From the NCBI GenBank assembly GCA_964016885.1, contig OZ024748.1, positions 14,632,001 to 14,696,000 of the forward strand: a DNA stretch of 64,000 nucleotides, read 5' to 3'. Below, piece by piece: positions 14,097 through 28,336 of the stretch; the first letter of the stretch is position 1, and each line of letters begins with the position of its first letter. The notes beneath the pieces were generated by a model. That model was not told the origin of the DNA, did no database searches, and worked only from the letters and a program-made list of their open reading frames with translations. Both the position numbers and the translations under genes were made by a program. This DNA comes from Eledone cirrhosa. Taxonomy: Eukaryota.

Positions 14097-15077
14097 TGAT
14101 AGGGACTGATGATGATGATTATACACACATATATATACACATATGGTTTGGCATCCAAAGTATTAAAACATTAATTGGTTAGAAAGGTAGATCTAGTAAA
14201 CTATATAATCAGCTACAGTCACTGATGCAGAAATGGATTCAAATCAAAACTAGAATATCATCTTATTTCTCATTCAGATTTGACTGAAAGTTTATTAGCC
14301 AAGCAACCTTTTTGTATTATCATAGATTCTATTAAATGAACAAGTTGAAAATGAACAATGTTACAAGAAATTATTGGCTAAAAACATTCGCTGTCACTCG
14401 GTATATATTTTATGAGGTCAGAGAAGGTTGTTAAAAAAATATCGACAGTTTTGCCATGACTGACAGCTATACTCATGTGTGTTGAATACAATTTCAGGCT
14501 AATTATTGCAAAACATCAAAAGCTAACGTTTTACAAACCCCCACGAGTAATTATTTGTTGTTTTTTTTATGTTGAAATAAAAATATTTGTTACCTATTTT
14601 CATTGAGATTATAGGACTTTGCCAAAATTTGTTAAAAGTGAAAGAAATGAATTTATATAAATGGAAAAAAAAAAAAAATGAACTGTAAAAATCTAGGTTA
14701 GCATTTGCTCCTCTGAGAAAGGATATTTCTCTCAAAGATGTGACAAAATTCACAAAACTAAATGAATAATCAGATAAACGGATTCTTTTTTTTATGTATA
14801 TATTTTCTGATTTTTTTGATTTTTTTGTTGATTCTTTTTTTAACCAAAAACGAAGTTCGTAGAATTCCCTCAGCAAAATTGGTAAATGTTTTCTAGAAGT
14901 CAGTTTTGATTTGCTAGGTTGCAGTAACTTGCACATATCTCTCCTTACATCGATATTTCTATAAAACACACACATACACACATATGCATATATATAGATA
15001 TATTGTATGTATATTATATATATATTGTATGTATATTATATATATATATTGTATGTATATTATATATATATATATTG

Positions 15078-15123
<46 letters not shown>

Positions 15124-15880
15124 ATGTATATTATGTATAAATATATATATGTATGTTAGTGAATGGCAACAGGAAAAGAGAGACATTTTTATTAAAAAAA
15201 TAAATGGGTTAACATTCCTTGTTTTTTTTCTTCCATCGGAATCTACAAGATTATAGAGCTAGAGAACATAGAAAACATTACCCAAGAAATATATTATTTT
15301 CTTGACTTTTTAAAAAAATACATATTGAACATGTTTTTAATGTAGCTTTGGTAAATATAATTATTATGATTTTAAGTGTACTTTCTCTCTCTCTCTCTCT
15401 GCAATAAGCTTTGACTAAGGTTGCATATAACTTTTGTAACCAGATAATGTTATAGAGCTAAATCGTAGCTAACCTTGTATATGTGCATGCACATGAATAC
15501 AAACATACACAAATATACATATTATATATATACATATATACACACACTCACACACATATATTTATACACACACACACATAAATTCACACACATATATATA
15601 TATATATATACATACATACACATATATATATATATACATACGTACACACATATATATATATATACACACACATATATAAATACATATTTATAGAAAATTT
15701 GTTATTATGTGTGTGTGTATGTGTGTACATATATATTAGTAAAATAAAATAAGAATATTCTTGACAGGAAATATGAAAACCTGGTATTAGAGTAACTGGG
15801 AATTTTAATCTACATGTATGTTGAATTAGTTTGCTTTCTAGATGGACATACTGAGATTGTATTGTTATGTTTGTATATAT

Positions 15881-16040
15881 ATGGACACACTAGAAGAGGA
15901 AGACCAAGGTTAACGTATGTTGATGCCCTAAGGACAGACACTGGTCTGTTGGAGACGTAGGAGATGGCAGCGATAATAAGGGACAGAGACCGCTGGAGAG
16001 AACTCGTCAATGGTTCTCGGGAATTTTACCCGCCTTAGAG
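15881..16040 (+). mobile_element. Very short 5'-truncated RTE-clade LINE 3' end
   Basis: Translates RRGRPRLTYVDALRTDTGLLET*EMAAIIRDRDRWRELV, the GRP...DR..WR C-terminus typical of RTE. Confidence 0.75.
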
Positions 16041-16042
16041 AT

Positions 16043-16380
16043 ATCATCATCATCATCATCATCGTTTAACGTCCATATTCCACGCTTGCATGGGTTTGGG
16101 CGGGAGTTTTCCCACTTGAGGCAAGAGTGGTTGTCTTGCTCGCATAGGACTGTCTGGCGGGTTTTCTACGGCTGGATGCCCTTCCTAACACCAACCACAT
16201 TTACAGTGTGGAACTGGGAGGTTTTTACCGTGTTACCTACATGGCCACATTACAGCGCGGACTGTGTGTTTTTTTTGTCGTGACACCTACACGACCTCAT
16301 TTGTTTCGGCCTGAATGTTGGTACCAACATAACTTTATATTGAAAGGGGTGGTGTGGATGTGGTGGGGGTAGTGGGACGG
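16043..16380 (-). mobile_element. Retroposon with RTE-type 3' end and (GAT)n tail
   Basis: Inverted near-identical copy of 10855-11178. Confidence 0.85.
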
Positions 16381-16424
16381 GGGTGTATTTTGTTATATAT
16401 ATATATGTGTGTGTGTGTGTATTA

Positions 16425-17305
16425 GAAAGGTAAACAGAATTAACAAAGCAAACGACACAGTTCATTGAAGATATATATAAGTTTAACGCTTTAGAGAGAG
16501 AGGGAGATAGGCAGGTAAAAATCTTACTGCAATGCCAAGTGATTTGAGCTTGTTTTCTGCAAGCATTTTCAAGTGTACAAATCACAGGTCTCACGCATTA
16601 TGACTGAGCAGTGTCTGCATTTCCACCTTGGGTCCAATTTCCCCAATAGATTCAACTCCCTTCTCCAATTTCTTTAATCTTACACACATACACTCGTTCT
16701 TACTTTTCTACTCCTTGCCTCTCTCAACTTTACCTCATCCATTGTCACACACGTGTGCATGCATTCACCCCCAACAAAAAATGCACCAACACCTTTACTT
16801 TTACCTTAACAGCTCTGTACACACACACACACACCCTTACATACACACACATTTACTCACAGCTTTGTACTTACAAAAACATGCACACACATACTTACAT
16901 TTAGACAAACATATTCTCGTAGCTTCGTATGGACATATAAAAATCACACACACATGTATATGCACTCACACATATACAGCTTTATATACAAAACGTTTTT
17001 GTGTTCCCTTTTAGATAGACGTGCTCACTCACAACCTTTTAAAACAAGTAGATCATTCCCAAAACGCCAGCATCAACAGTTTTCCAAGAGATGGCAGCAT
17101 GAATGGACCTGTTTTTTCTCTCTCATTTTTTCCCCCATCTCTGCCCTGCCTGTCTCTTCAATATTTCTATTTCTTCTTCAATTTCTCATTGTTTTCTGAT
17201 GACGGACTACCGTCTGAAATGTTCAGAATCTTTTCTTACTATATCAACAATAAAACTAATAATATATTTCTTCATTGTACTGTGTCATTTCTGTTTGCCT
17301 TTTGC
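16425..17305 (+). mobile_element. Decayed Penelope-like element: inverted partial terminal repeat, GIY-YIG-like C-terminus, 3' region with hammerhead
   Basis: 16594-16677 translates RIMTEQCLHFHLGSNFPNRFNSLLQFL* (EQxLxFxLGxxxPxxxN, PLE end motif); hammerhead at 17192-17228; 16425-16490 is an inverted copy of the tail. Confidence 0.7.
17192..17228 (+). ncRNA. Minimal type I hammerhead ribozyme motif (PLE-type)
   Basis: tttt-CTGATGA-c-ggac-tacc-gtct-GAAA-tgt-TC-agaa. Confidence 0.65.
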
Positions 17306-17828
17306 ATACATAAATATATCTATATATATATACATGCACAAATGTGTGGACCACAACCAACACATATACACACATGTACAAGTGTGTACACTACACACAC
17401 AAACACAGGTGTATGCACCACAACCAACAAACACAGAAACACAAACACATTATATAAATAAATATATATATATACACACACACACAAGTATGTGCACTAC
17501 AAACACAGACTGACAGGCACACACAGACAGACTCTATAGACAGTGTGAAACATAAACAAAGAAAGAAACCATTCTAATTGTGATCTGTTGTTTAATTTGA
17601 CTGCAAGTGGAGTTAAATGAGAATCTACTGAAGCAAGAAATAGACTCAAAATTCTATTATCACAGGAATATTCTTTTCTTTGGTTTAGTAGAAGCAACTC
17701 TTTAATTGGAATTTACTCTCAGACTATTTTATACCATTTTATATTCTGTTATATCATGTTAACTGTTTTGATTTGCTTTGAAATTTAAAATGAAATTCAA
17801 TTAGTGAAAGAAACACTCTAGTATGTAG

Positions 17829-17872
<44 letters not shown>

Positions 17873-18112
17873 ACTTTGGTATGTGGGTGTTTAATTACAT
17901 AAATATATATATATATATATATTTTCCTTTTCCTTATTGATATATTTTATGGATAAATTGTAGACAATTTTTCAGGTGTGCATGTGTGTTTAATCATCAT
18001 AAAAAATGGATGTAAACCTTATAATGATAATTTAAATTGGCTAGATATAATTACAGACATAATAATACAGGGCCAGTGCAATGATACATGCAATTGGTAC
18101 ACTCTGTAAAGT

Positions 18113-18306
18113 CAGACCTGTCAAATCTCCCCGTCCAACAGGGAAATCTTCCACCCACTTACGGCTGGGTGAGAGATGTCTTCTCTTGGAAAAATAGATA
18201 TAGCTTTCATTAAATAAAATCTCCCCTTTTTGCCTAATTTATCCCCGTTTTGGGGCGCCATTTTTCATGCTAGACCCACTTGTGTTTTTAGAGGTTGGCA
18301 GATCCG
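18113..18306. mobile_element. MITE (probably hAT-type) inserted in a retroposon
   Basis: Inverted ends cagacctgtcaaatctc / gaggttggcagatccg; gtaaagt duplicated at 18106-18112 and 18307-18313. Confidence 0.7.
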
Positions 18307-20342
18307 GTAAAGTGGTTAACATTTGGAAGGGCATCTAACTATAGGGACCCTACCACACAGTAGGTTGAGAGCACTCTTCAGTTGTGTTAAGACATAACAC
18401 CCTCCTTAGTGCTGGCACTACAATAAAATCCACCCAGAGCATTCTAAAGGAGTTAGAGTTAGGAAGGGCATCTAGACCTGAAAACCACACCAAAACTGAA
18501 ACATGTGTAAACAAGATGTGGTCCCCACCCCATCCCCCTTTCTGCCTTGGAGGACATTACCTCTGATTAAGTACTGACTTAGTCTATGATAACACTTCCA
18601 AACTATGCCAGACTGGAAGAACAGACATTGAAAGGTGATGGTGGTAGTGACGATTCTAGATATAATAATACTGTCTATCCTAGACAGAAATACTATCAGA
18701 TGCCTAAATATAATGATACTGTATATTCTAGATAAAATTATGTTGTACATTTTAGATATAATACGAATTGTCTATTCTAAACAAAGATATTTCAGCTGCC
18801 TAGGTCTAATAACACTGTACATAAACACCTACAATCTGGGTAAATTTATAAAGAAGCTAATGAAAATATTTCAGGAATTTAACCTCCTCCACATCAGTGT
18901 CAGAACTAATCTAAACATCACCTATTTTTCTTTTCAGACATTTTATTTGATCTAATTTGAAGTAAGTGCTTACCTGTATAAAAGTCAAACCAAAACTTCT
19001 ATATGTATATCAACAGAATTCTAACCCTCCGCTATACAATCTAATTTTAGTTAATTACTATCATTCTAAAACGTCCAAACGAACACTATCAGTATCCTAC
19101 ATAGAAACATAAAAAATCTAGTCAGCAACATTAGCAAGATAATATCGAATATATCCTCTTGGGAAGGAAAAAGTTAATTGAGTTGCACATATTATAATGA
19201 TGTGTTGAAAAATAGTGGATTTCAAGAGAAACTGGAGCATTTTGAAGAATAAAAAATCCTCAGAATAATAAAACCAGGAACAAAACAAAAATAGAAAAAG
19301 AAAAATAATATGGTTTAATCTGCCCTTTAGCATGAATGTAACAACCAATATAACCAGAAATTTCATAGTGATCAAAAAAAAAATTTACCTCTTAACAATG
19401 CCAAACTTAGCTAGAGGCATATAGAAAAGATTGCTTCCTTGACGTGATAGAACTAACTACACAACTATGAACAAGTAAGAACAACTATCTGAATGTAATA
19501 TCTATGAATATACAGACTCAGTAACAGGATGTCAAGTGTCTCTGGAAAATATTAGAGTATGAAGACAAAGTAAAAGCATGAGCCAAACAGTGTTGAACAT
19601 GATTTTGGTCGAGTTAAATGGAAAGATGTTTAAAACACTTTTGATACCAATCCAGCCCAAACTTGCTTTGTTTTGATAACCCCAAACAATACATTTTAAA
19701 GGGATCCAATTATATTAGAATCATATGTTAAATTATTATCCTAGTCATAGAATAATTAATAATTTTAGTAAATCCCCCAAAATACTGCATTAATTAATCG
19801 AAATATAGAGTATTTTATTTCAAATATTTATATGTATGTACCCATAACTTCTGATGGAGTCTTTAAGGCAGTGTAGAACCATACAGCATTTCAGGGGCAT
19901 TATTTGTTTAAATCTGGTGGAACCTATCTCCTCTCCTGGTCTGAACATAGCTGATTTCTTCCAGAGAAAGAGAGAATGGCAGAGAGGAAGTGAGAAAGAG
20001 ATATATTTGAAGAAGAAACACTAATACTAAACTGAGACTTTCTTTATCGACCTCAAATGGATGAAAAGCAAAGTTGACGTTCGTGGAATTTGAACTCAAC
20101 ATGTAGACAGCCAGAACGAATAAGACAAAACATTCTATCTGATGTTGTAATGACTGCCAATTCACTAACATATTCATTAGAATTACATTCACAAAGGGGT
20201 TAAAAGAACATAAACTGAGTGGTGTGTGTGGATTGTTTCACTTGTCTGTTGTTTTTAGTGTATGTAGCTATAATTATTTTACACCAAGAGATTTTAATCT
20301 ATAGGTGTATATTTGAATTATAAGAAAATAGACATTTCAAAG

Positions 20343-20523
20343 ATAATTGTTTCTACTTCAGGCACAAGGCCAGCAATTACCCAGTGCATTACTGGTACTT
20401 TATTTTATCGACCCCGTAAGGATGAAAGGCAAAGTCAACCTCGGCGGGATTTGAACTCAGATCGTAAAGGGACGTAAATATGCTGGAAAGCATGGCGTCC
20501 GACCCTCTACCGATACTGCCAAT
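20343..20523 (-). mobile_element. tRNA-derived Meta-like SINE, full length
   Basis: Near-identical to 62971-63150 and 47471-47651. Confidence 0.9.
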
Positions 20524-20702
20524 GAGAAGAACACGTGTATCCCAGTTTTTAGAATAGGTTTATCATATATACATGCATATTGTATGTGTTGTCTAAAAGG
20601 GTTGACATTAGGAAGAGCATCTGGTCATAAAATATTGCATCAAAATGTCTCAGCTTAAAACTTGTAAGTCCTTTTCGTCACAACCCTTCTATTCTGACTT
20701 AA

Positions 20703-20949
20703 CCCATTTATTACTAACTTGTCTGAAACCATTCCTGCTTCTGCTGAACAAAGCTGAATATTTTAAAGTGTTTATATTTATCTAAAACCCTTCCATCATA
20801 TATATTTGTCAAAACTTTTGTTCTAAACACCAGCTTGAGAATGAATAAAATCCATTAATTTACTAGATCCTGTCAAATTCTGAAATATTTTCAAAATTAT
20901 TTAAAACACAAAGGTAATATTTGTCATTATAAATATGGTAAAGAAAGGG
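20703..20949. mobile_element. piggyBac-type MITE, second family
   Basis: TTAA|CCC...AAAGGG|TTAA; related decayed pieces at 29168-29699, 60840-61100 and 62640-63258. Confidence 0.7.
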
Positions 20950-21449
20950 TTAAATAATTTTTGAATTGTTGCAGTTTTTTCCATAATTTATGAACACAAT
21001 TGATGCTGCAAGACATTCATTCAATTTCTTTCATTTAAATTTTTTTTTTTTCCATGAAAGATGTAACCAAAATCATATTAGCAAAGTGAAGTGAAAAATA
21101 TGAGATCATACAAATACATCGTCTCAATTGTTATTTGTTTCATGTACAGGAGAAATTAAATAATAAAATATATTGTGATATGGACATTTGATATTGAAAG
21201 AATATAGGCATGGCTGCGTAGTTAAGGAGTTTGCTCCACAATCACATGATTTTACATTCAGTCAGACTGCTTGGCCCCTTAGATAAGTGTCTTCTATTAA
21301 AGCCACAGGTTGACCTATGATTTGTGAGTGGAATTTAGTAGACAGTATCTGCAGAAGTCCATTATATGTGTGTGTATATATAAATATATATATATATAGA
21401 GAGAGATAGATTGATATATAGATAGATATATTTCTATAGATAGATAGAT

Positions 21450-21480
<31 letters not shown>

Positions 21481-23276
21481 TAATATTAGCTTTATTCTAT
21501 AGAAAATATGAAAGCTGAAAGCTGCAGCATGATAACTTCTGTCTTTCCCATTTGGTAGTTCTTGTGGTCCATATTCAGTTTACTGAATTTGGGAAAGTAA
21601 GGTGGTTTGCATTTGGTTTGCTGAATTTGGAGGGTCGCAGATTGGTTTATCAGGAATCACGGATGCAGGTTGGCATTTGATTTAGGGTGTTTGCTATGTG
21701 TATGTATAGTCCATAACTTAGCTGTTTGCTAAAAAGTGATCAATAAAATATGTGCCAGACTTGAAAGAAAAAAATACCAAGTACTGGGAGGTCGATACAA
21801 TTGACTAAAACAAGGTAGTGACCCAGCCTGGGCATAGTCTAACTGAAGCCAGTAAAAGAAGATAATCAAAACAAATAAAAAGACATAAAAATATAACAAG
21901 AGTCTGGCATTACAAAGGTTAGAATAAAAAAAGAATTTTAGCTAGCATTGTAATAAAGCTGACCAATATTTCAGTGACCAGTGAAATCTTTGTAAAACAC
22001 TCAACAGACATCTAAGAGAGACAATATTCTATAATGAAATCTCTTGTATCAATTATGATAGTTGAGAGAAGAGCCATATGTTTGTAAAATAAAGAAATAA
22101 ATGAAATATTTCCTCATAAACTATTATGTTCATACACTTCAAATATTGTAGCATAGAGAGGTGAACGTATATCTGACTGGTCATACCAAATTTGTCTGAA
22201 ATTATCTCTCATTCTATTATGATAATAAGGTGTTTATTTTAAAGTATTTATATTTATAATGATGCTGTTCTAGGGAAAAGCATTAGCTGATATTGTTTGA
22301 TACCAGTGTCATATTATGTATAATATATATGATGTTGTCTAAGGGCAAGGCAAAGGCAAACACTCCATAGCACCAGTGCTGTTGCAGCTCATTTTCCCCC
22401 AGCTGAGTGGACTGGAGCAATATATATAATTGTCTTGCTCAAGGATAAAACACACCGTCCAGGCCAGGTATCAAACAGATGTGAACCCAGGAACTTAACA
22501 ACTAAACCACACAACACCATTAACTTTGATAAAATCTATAACATAATATAAAGTATGAAAGTTGCAGTAGTTGCTGATTTTGTTGAAGCATTATAGCGAG
22601 ATGCATCTTTGCACAATATCGCCAACGTAATCCACCAACTGTGACTGATTTCAAGCAGAAAATTAACAGCAAACTTTAGGCTGCCATAACGTGCTGCGAC
22701 ATATGTGAATGATGTCCAGCTATTTATGGAGATGTGAGTTTGCAGTACTGGGAAGCAATAAGCTAACATGATTTATTACAGTTCAAACGTCAAGTATAAT
22801 TTAGCCTTAAGGACTTAAGAGTAATTTATATGAGGAATCTCAGAGGAATTCAAATTTATTTGGATGACATAACTGAATAGAAGTGAGAGGAATACTAGGA
22901 AGAGATGACATAATTATCACCAACATCTACACAGTTATTAGTTATATCTTCCTTATCAGCAACTTAACGAGCCTAATACTTAATACATTCTAAATCAACT
23001 TAATATCAACTTTGAAAAGACATGTGGTTTAATGGCTAAGATGTTCAGCTCACAACCATAAGGTTATGTGTTCAATCTCCAGACATATTATAATTTTGTT
23101 TCATCAATAATATTTAGCTTCCTAATTATTGACTTTATAAAATATTATTATTATGTAATATTAGAGAAGTTACCAAAAATATGACAAACTCCCTAGTACT
23201 GGTACCACCATAAAATGCACCCAGTACACTATAAATTGTGGGAAAAACAGGTTGCTAAAGTCAGAGACTATGCGTG

Positions 23277-23317
<41 letters not shown>

Positions 23318-23859
23318 TGTTTCCTTGAGCAAGACACTTTATTTCACATTGCTCCAGTTTACTCAGCTGTAGAAATGAGATGATAAGGACTGGAGTCCAT
23401 ATCATTCCACTGCAAAGTGGTGGTGAAGGTGCCACGGCAAAAAAGCATCCAGTACTCACTGTAAATGAGGTTGGTGTTAGGAAGGGCATCCGGCTGTAGA
23501 AATCAAGCCAGAATCAGTTCCCGTCCCACCCTTGCAAACAGGGAAAAGTGGACGTATGGTGATGATAGTCAGAGAAGAAACATACATGTATAAAACATAT
23601 TCATCCTTATATGTACATATCATTATTTCATGTACATCATACAGAAAATAGTCAAACATTAACTGAATGAACTTTTACAACGTGTGAACAGAGTATACGT
23701 TTTATTTTCGTTAAATAAAATAAAGAGGCACCAGTATTTCAAAGACTCAGCCACTTTTTACTTTAAAAAAAAATGTATTGATGTATTTATACACACACAC
23801 ATATATAGCTATTTAAATGAATAACAATGGCAGCTGATGTATATAGATATATACACGTA

Positions 23860-23955
23860 CCGGGTGTCTCAAAAATGTATATACACTTCAACAGTATTCT
23901 AATAAATATTGCCTGTACAGGTATGAAAGTGTGTATACATTTTAGGGACACCATA
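23860..23955. mobile_element. Tc1/mariner-type MITE
   Basis: TA|ccgggtgtctcaaaaatgtatatacactt ... aagtgtgtatacattttagggacacc inverted repeats. Confidence 0.7.
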
Positions 23956-24280
23956 TATATATATATATACAGACTCTGTAAAGTGGTAGTACAGGTAACC
24001 CAGTTAAATGTGTACAGTACACACTGTAAAGTGGTAGTGCTGGTGACAGGCAAAATGCACTCAATAAAGTGATTGGTATTAGGAGCAACAGAAAACATGC
24101 CAAAACTGGAATATGTGAGTAAGACATGCCCCTCCCTACCTCATCTTGTGTCTGACTTTAACAACCTGTTAAACTCATATTACCATGGAAACTGGACATA
24201 AAATGATGAATATGCAGGTATTGCCATAATCATTTTACATTCGGAACAGGACGCAGACAAAACGATGATGTGATTAAGCA

Positions 24281-24288
24281 TGTGTGTG

Positions 24289-24339
<51 letters not shown>

Positions 24340-24371
24340 TTTTGTATATATATATATATATATATACATAA

Positions 24372-24420
<49 letters not shown>

Positions 24421-24430
24421 AATATGTATA

Positions 24431-24462
<32 letters not shown>

Positions 24463-24467
24463 CATAA

Positions 24468-24516
<49 letters not shown>

Positions 24517-24555
24517 CATAAATATGTATATATATATATATATATATATACATAA

Positions 24556-24610
<55 letters not shown>

Positions 24611-24785
24611 AATATGTATATATATATATATATACATAAATATGTATATGTGTATATATATACATAAATATGTATATGTATATATATATACATAAATATA
24701 TATATATATATACATAAATATGTATATGTACAAATATATATATATACATATACATAAATATGTATATATATATATATATACATAA

Positions 24786-24818
<33 letters not shown>

Positions 24819-25030
24819 CATAAATATGTATATATATATATATATACATAATATGTATATGTATATATATATATATATATATACATAAATATGTATCTAT
24901 ATATATATACACATAAATATGTATATGTACATATATATATATACATAAATATGTATATGTATATATATATATATATATATACATAAATATGTATATATAT
25001 ATATATACATAATATGTATATATATACATA

Positions 25031-25097
<67 letters not shown>

Positions 25098-25257
25098 AAT
25101 ATATATATATATATATATGTACATAAATATGTATATGTACATATATATATATACATAAATATGTATATGTATATATTTATACATAAATATGTATATATAT
25201 ATATATACATAATTATGTATATGTACATATATATATATATATATACATAAATATGTA

Positions 25258-25297
<40 letters not shown>

Positions 25298-25419
25298 AAT
25301 ATGTATATATATATATACATATTTATGTATATATATATATATATATATGTACATACATACACATATATATATATATTTATACATCAATATGTATATGTAC
25401 ATACATATATATACACATG

Positions 25420-25469
<50 letters not shown>

Positions 25470-25600
25470 CATATATATGTATATGTACATATACATATAT
25501 ATGTATATGTACATATATGTATATGTACATATATATATATATATGTATATGTACATATATATATATATATATATCTATATATATATATATCTATACATAT
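24281..25600. repeat. (TA)n array punctuated by cataaatatg units
   Basis: Directly visible. Confidence 0.98.
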
Positions 25601-25739
25601 CAACAAAAGCCGCAGTGTTTTATGTCCAGTATAAAAAGCAGATGTAAAATGATGTATGTATAAACATATGTGCTTGTGTGTACGGAATATATAAAATATA
25701 TGTTCAAAATTCCTATTGCAGATAATCGATGGGAAAGAA

Positions 25740-25880
25740 AACAACAATACTACTACTGCTACTACTACTACTATTGCTACTACTATTGCTACTACTATTG
25801 CTACTACTATTGCTACTACTACTAATAATAATAATAATAATATTAATAATAATATTAACAATAATAATAACGACGACAAT
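25740..25880. repeat. (CTA)n/(TAA)n trinucleotide repeat
   Basis: Directly visible. Confidence 0.95.
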
Positions 25881-26167
25881 GAAAAGGTGTTTATTCAAGT
25901 TATGTCATTAATTACCATCTCAAGCTAATTTAAAACAAACTTTTTAAATCTTTGAATTATTTTTCCTATGTTTTTTTTTTTTAATTCTCAGCTTTATAAG
26001 ATGATCCCGCCTCTCTCCTCCACATTCGCTTGAATCAAAATGGCAAAAAGTACAATAGTACCTAAATACGAAGAAGAAAAAAATGAAACCTACTGAGATT
26101 TATTTTAATTTGTTTTAATTTATTTTATATATACGTATATAAATATATATTTTTTCAAAACATATTC

Positions 26168-26206
<39 letters not shown>

Positions 26207-26249
26207 TATAAATTTTCAAAACATGTGTTGTTTTTTTTCAAAACATAAA

Positions 26250-26283
<34 letters not shown>

Positions 26284-27155
26284 ATATATATATAGACATA
26301 TTTTTTTTAAATATAGATATTTTTTTCTCTACACCTCTATCTATTTTATATTTATTGTTTAAGAAATCTACTCTTAAGATTTTTGTTCATGATCAGAATG
26401 AGAAATTTTTCCGACCCGCACCAACTCCTTCATAAGAATTGTTTGCTTCTCTATTGGAATTGGACAGGAATTGCTAAAAAAATGTCAATAGCAGAGACTG
26501 TAATAACCAATTATATTGTATAGGACTCAATATGGACATGACTGTTCCTGCTTACAAATTAGACCAAACTGCGATGGAGAGAGACAGGAAGCAATGAAAA
26601 TATATCATCAACAAAAATAAATGAACATCAATAGACAAAAAAATTTAGGAAAAGCTATTGTTTATATCCTCTTGCTCCTCCTCATTCTCCTCCACCATAC
26701 TCCTCCCTTCCTCTTACATTCTTCTTTATAATGTTTGTTTGTTGTTTACATTTTTAGATTAATGACTTTGATTTTTGTTGCTGAATTTCATTGATATATT
26801 TTTTTAATTATTTTTTTTTACAAGATTTCTGTGTGTGCATGTATTCATGTGCGACTGTACTTTTATATGTATGTTTGTGTGTGTGTCTATGTACTTGTGT
26901 GTATGTGTATGCCTGTATAATTCTGTGTGTGGTGTGTCTGTACTGGTGTGCCTATATATGTGTGTATTTATTTATCTGTGTAGTTGCGTGTGTGTCATCA
27001 TCATCATCATCGTTTAACGTCCATCTTCCATGCTTGCATGGGTTTAGATGAGAATTTTCCCACTTGAGGCAAGATTGGTTGTCTTGCTCGCATAGGACTG
27101 TCTGGCGGGTTTTCTACAGCTGGATGCCCTTCCTAACACCAACCACGTTTACAGT

Positions 27156-28185
27156 GTGGACTGGGAGGTTTTTACCGTGTTACCTACCTGGCCACATTTC
27201 AGTGTGGACTGTGTGATTTTTTTTGTCGTGACACCAACATGACCTCATTTATTTCGGACTGTGTGTGTATATATATATATGATGAACAGGTTTAAATAAT
27301 AGTTACGTGTTTCCAAGTTTGATTCCACTGCATGACAATCATCATCATCATCACTGTTTAACGTCCATTTTTCAACATTAGCATGGGTTAGACTTGTTGT
27401 CCCGTTTGAGGCAAGTTGGGACAGGTGACTGTGTCTTGCTAACACAGAACTGTTTCTGGCTTGGTTTCCGAATGCCCTTCCTAATGCCAACCATGTTTAC
27501 AATATGTACTGGGTGCTTTTTGTACTGACTCCTACACAACCACTTTACAGTGTGGGCTGGCTGCTTTTTTACTAATAGACAGATCTTCGTGAAAGTTTTC
27601 AGTACAAGACTTTAATTTTTAATATGTTGCACTAATAATTGTTTCTACTTTTGGCACAAGGCCAGCAATTATCCAGTGCATTACTGGTACTTTATTTTAT
27701 CGACTCCATAAGGATGAAAGGAAAAGTTAACCTCGGCGGGATTTGAACTCAGAATGACAAGGACCGTAACTCTATGCGTCAAAGCATGGCGGCCGACCCG
27801 CTGCCAATTACTGCCAATATGTTGCACTAATAATGATGTTTTGTACTTTTCAAGAATGTTTTGTTTTTGCAGTTTGTAATATTCTAATGTGTTTAGTATC
27901 TCAACAAGTGGATTGATCATGGTGAAAATTTGCAATATTAAAGTAAAGACGGAACAACAAGTCTAACCCATGCTAATGTTGAAAAATGATGATGATGATG
28001 ATTGTCATGCAGTGGAATCAAACTTGGAAACACATAACTATTATTTAAACCTGTTAATCATATATATATATATACACACAGTCCGAAATAAATGAGGTCG
28101 TGTTGGTGTCACGACAAAAAAAACACACAGTCCATGCTGGAATGTTGCCGTGTAGATAACATGGTAAAAACCTCCCAGTTCACAT
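27156..28185. repeat. Local inverted duplication (arms ~27156-27405 and ~27948-28185)
   Basis: Arms are reverse complements, including the unique junction aacaggtttaaataatagtta..ccactgcatgacaatc. Confidence 0.9.
27640..27815 (-). mobile_element. Meta-like SINE with target-site duplication
   Basis: aatatgttgcactaataat at 27621-27639 and 27816-27834. Confidence 0.85.
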
Positions 28186-28336
28186 TTTTAATATGATGCA
28201 GTAGTCATAGTATTATTTTGTAGATGTTAAGAATGTTCAGCTAATGAGATTTTATGCAGTAGATAGATGATGTTAGGGCTTAAAGACAACACAAACAGAT
28301 GGTAGGAATGACTAAAAGTAAAAATCAATGTCTGAC

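Noticed and set aside
14523-14981. 152-aa minus-strand ORF with a possible acceptor near 14960
   Set aside because: Starts in a microsatellite, low-complexity A/T runs, no domain; a terminal exon cannot be excluded but is unsupported
22536-22769. 77-aa ORF in unique sequence
   Set aside because: No convincing splice-site pair or protein similarity
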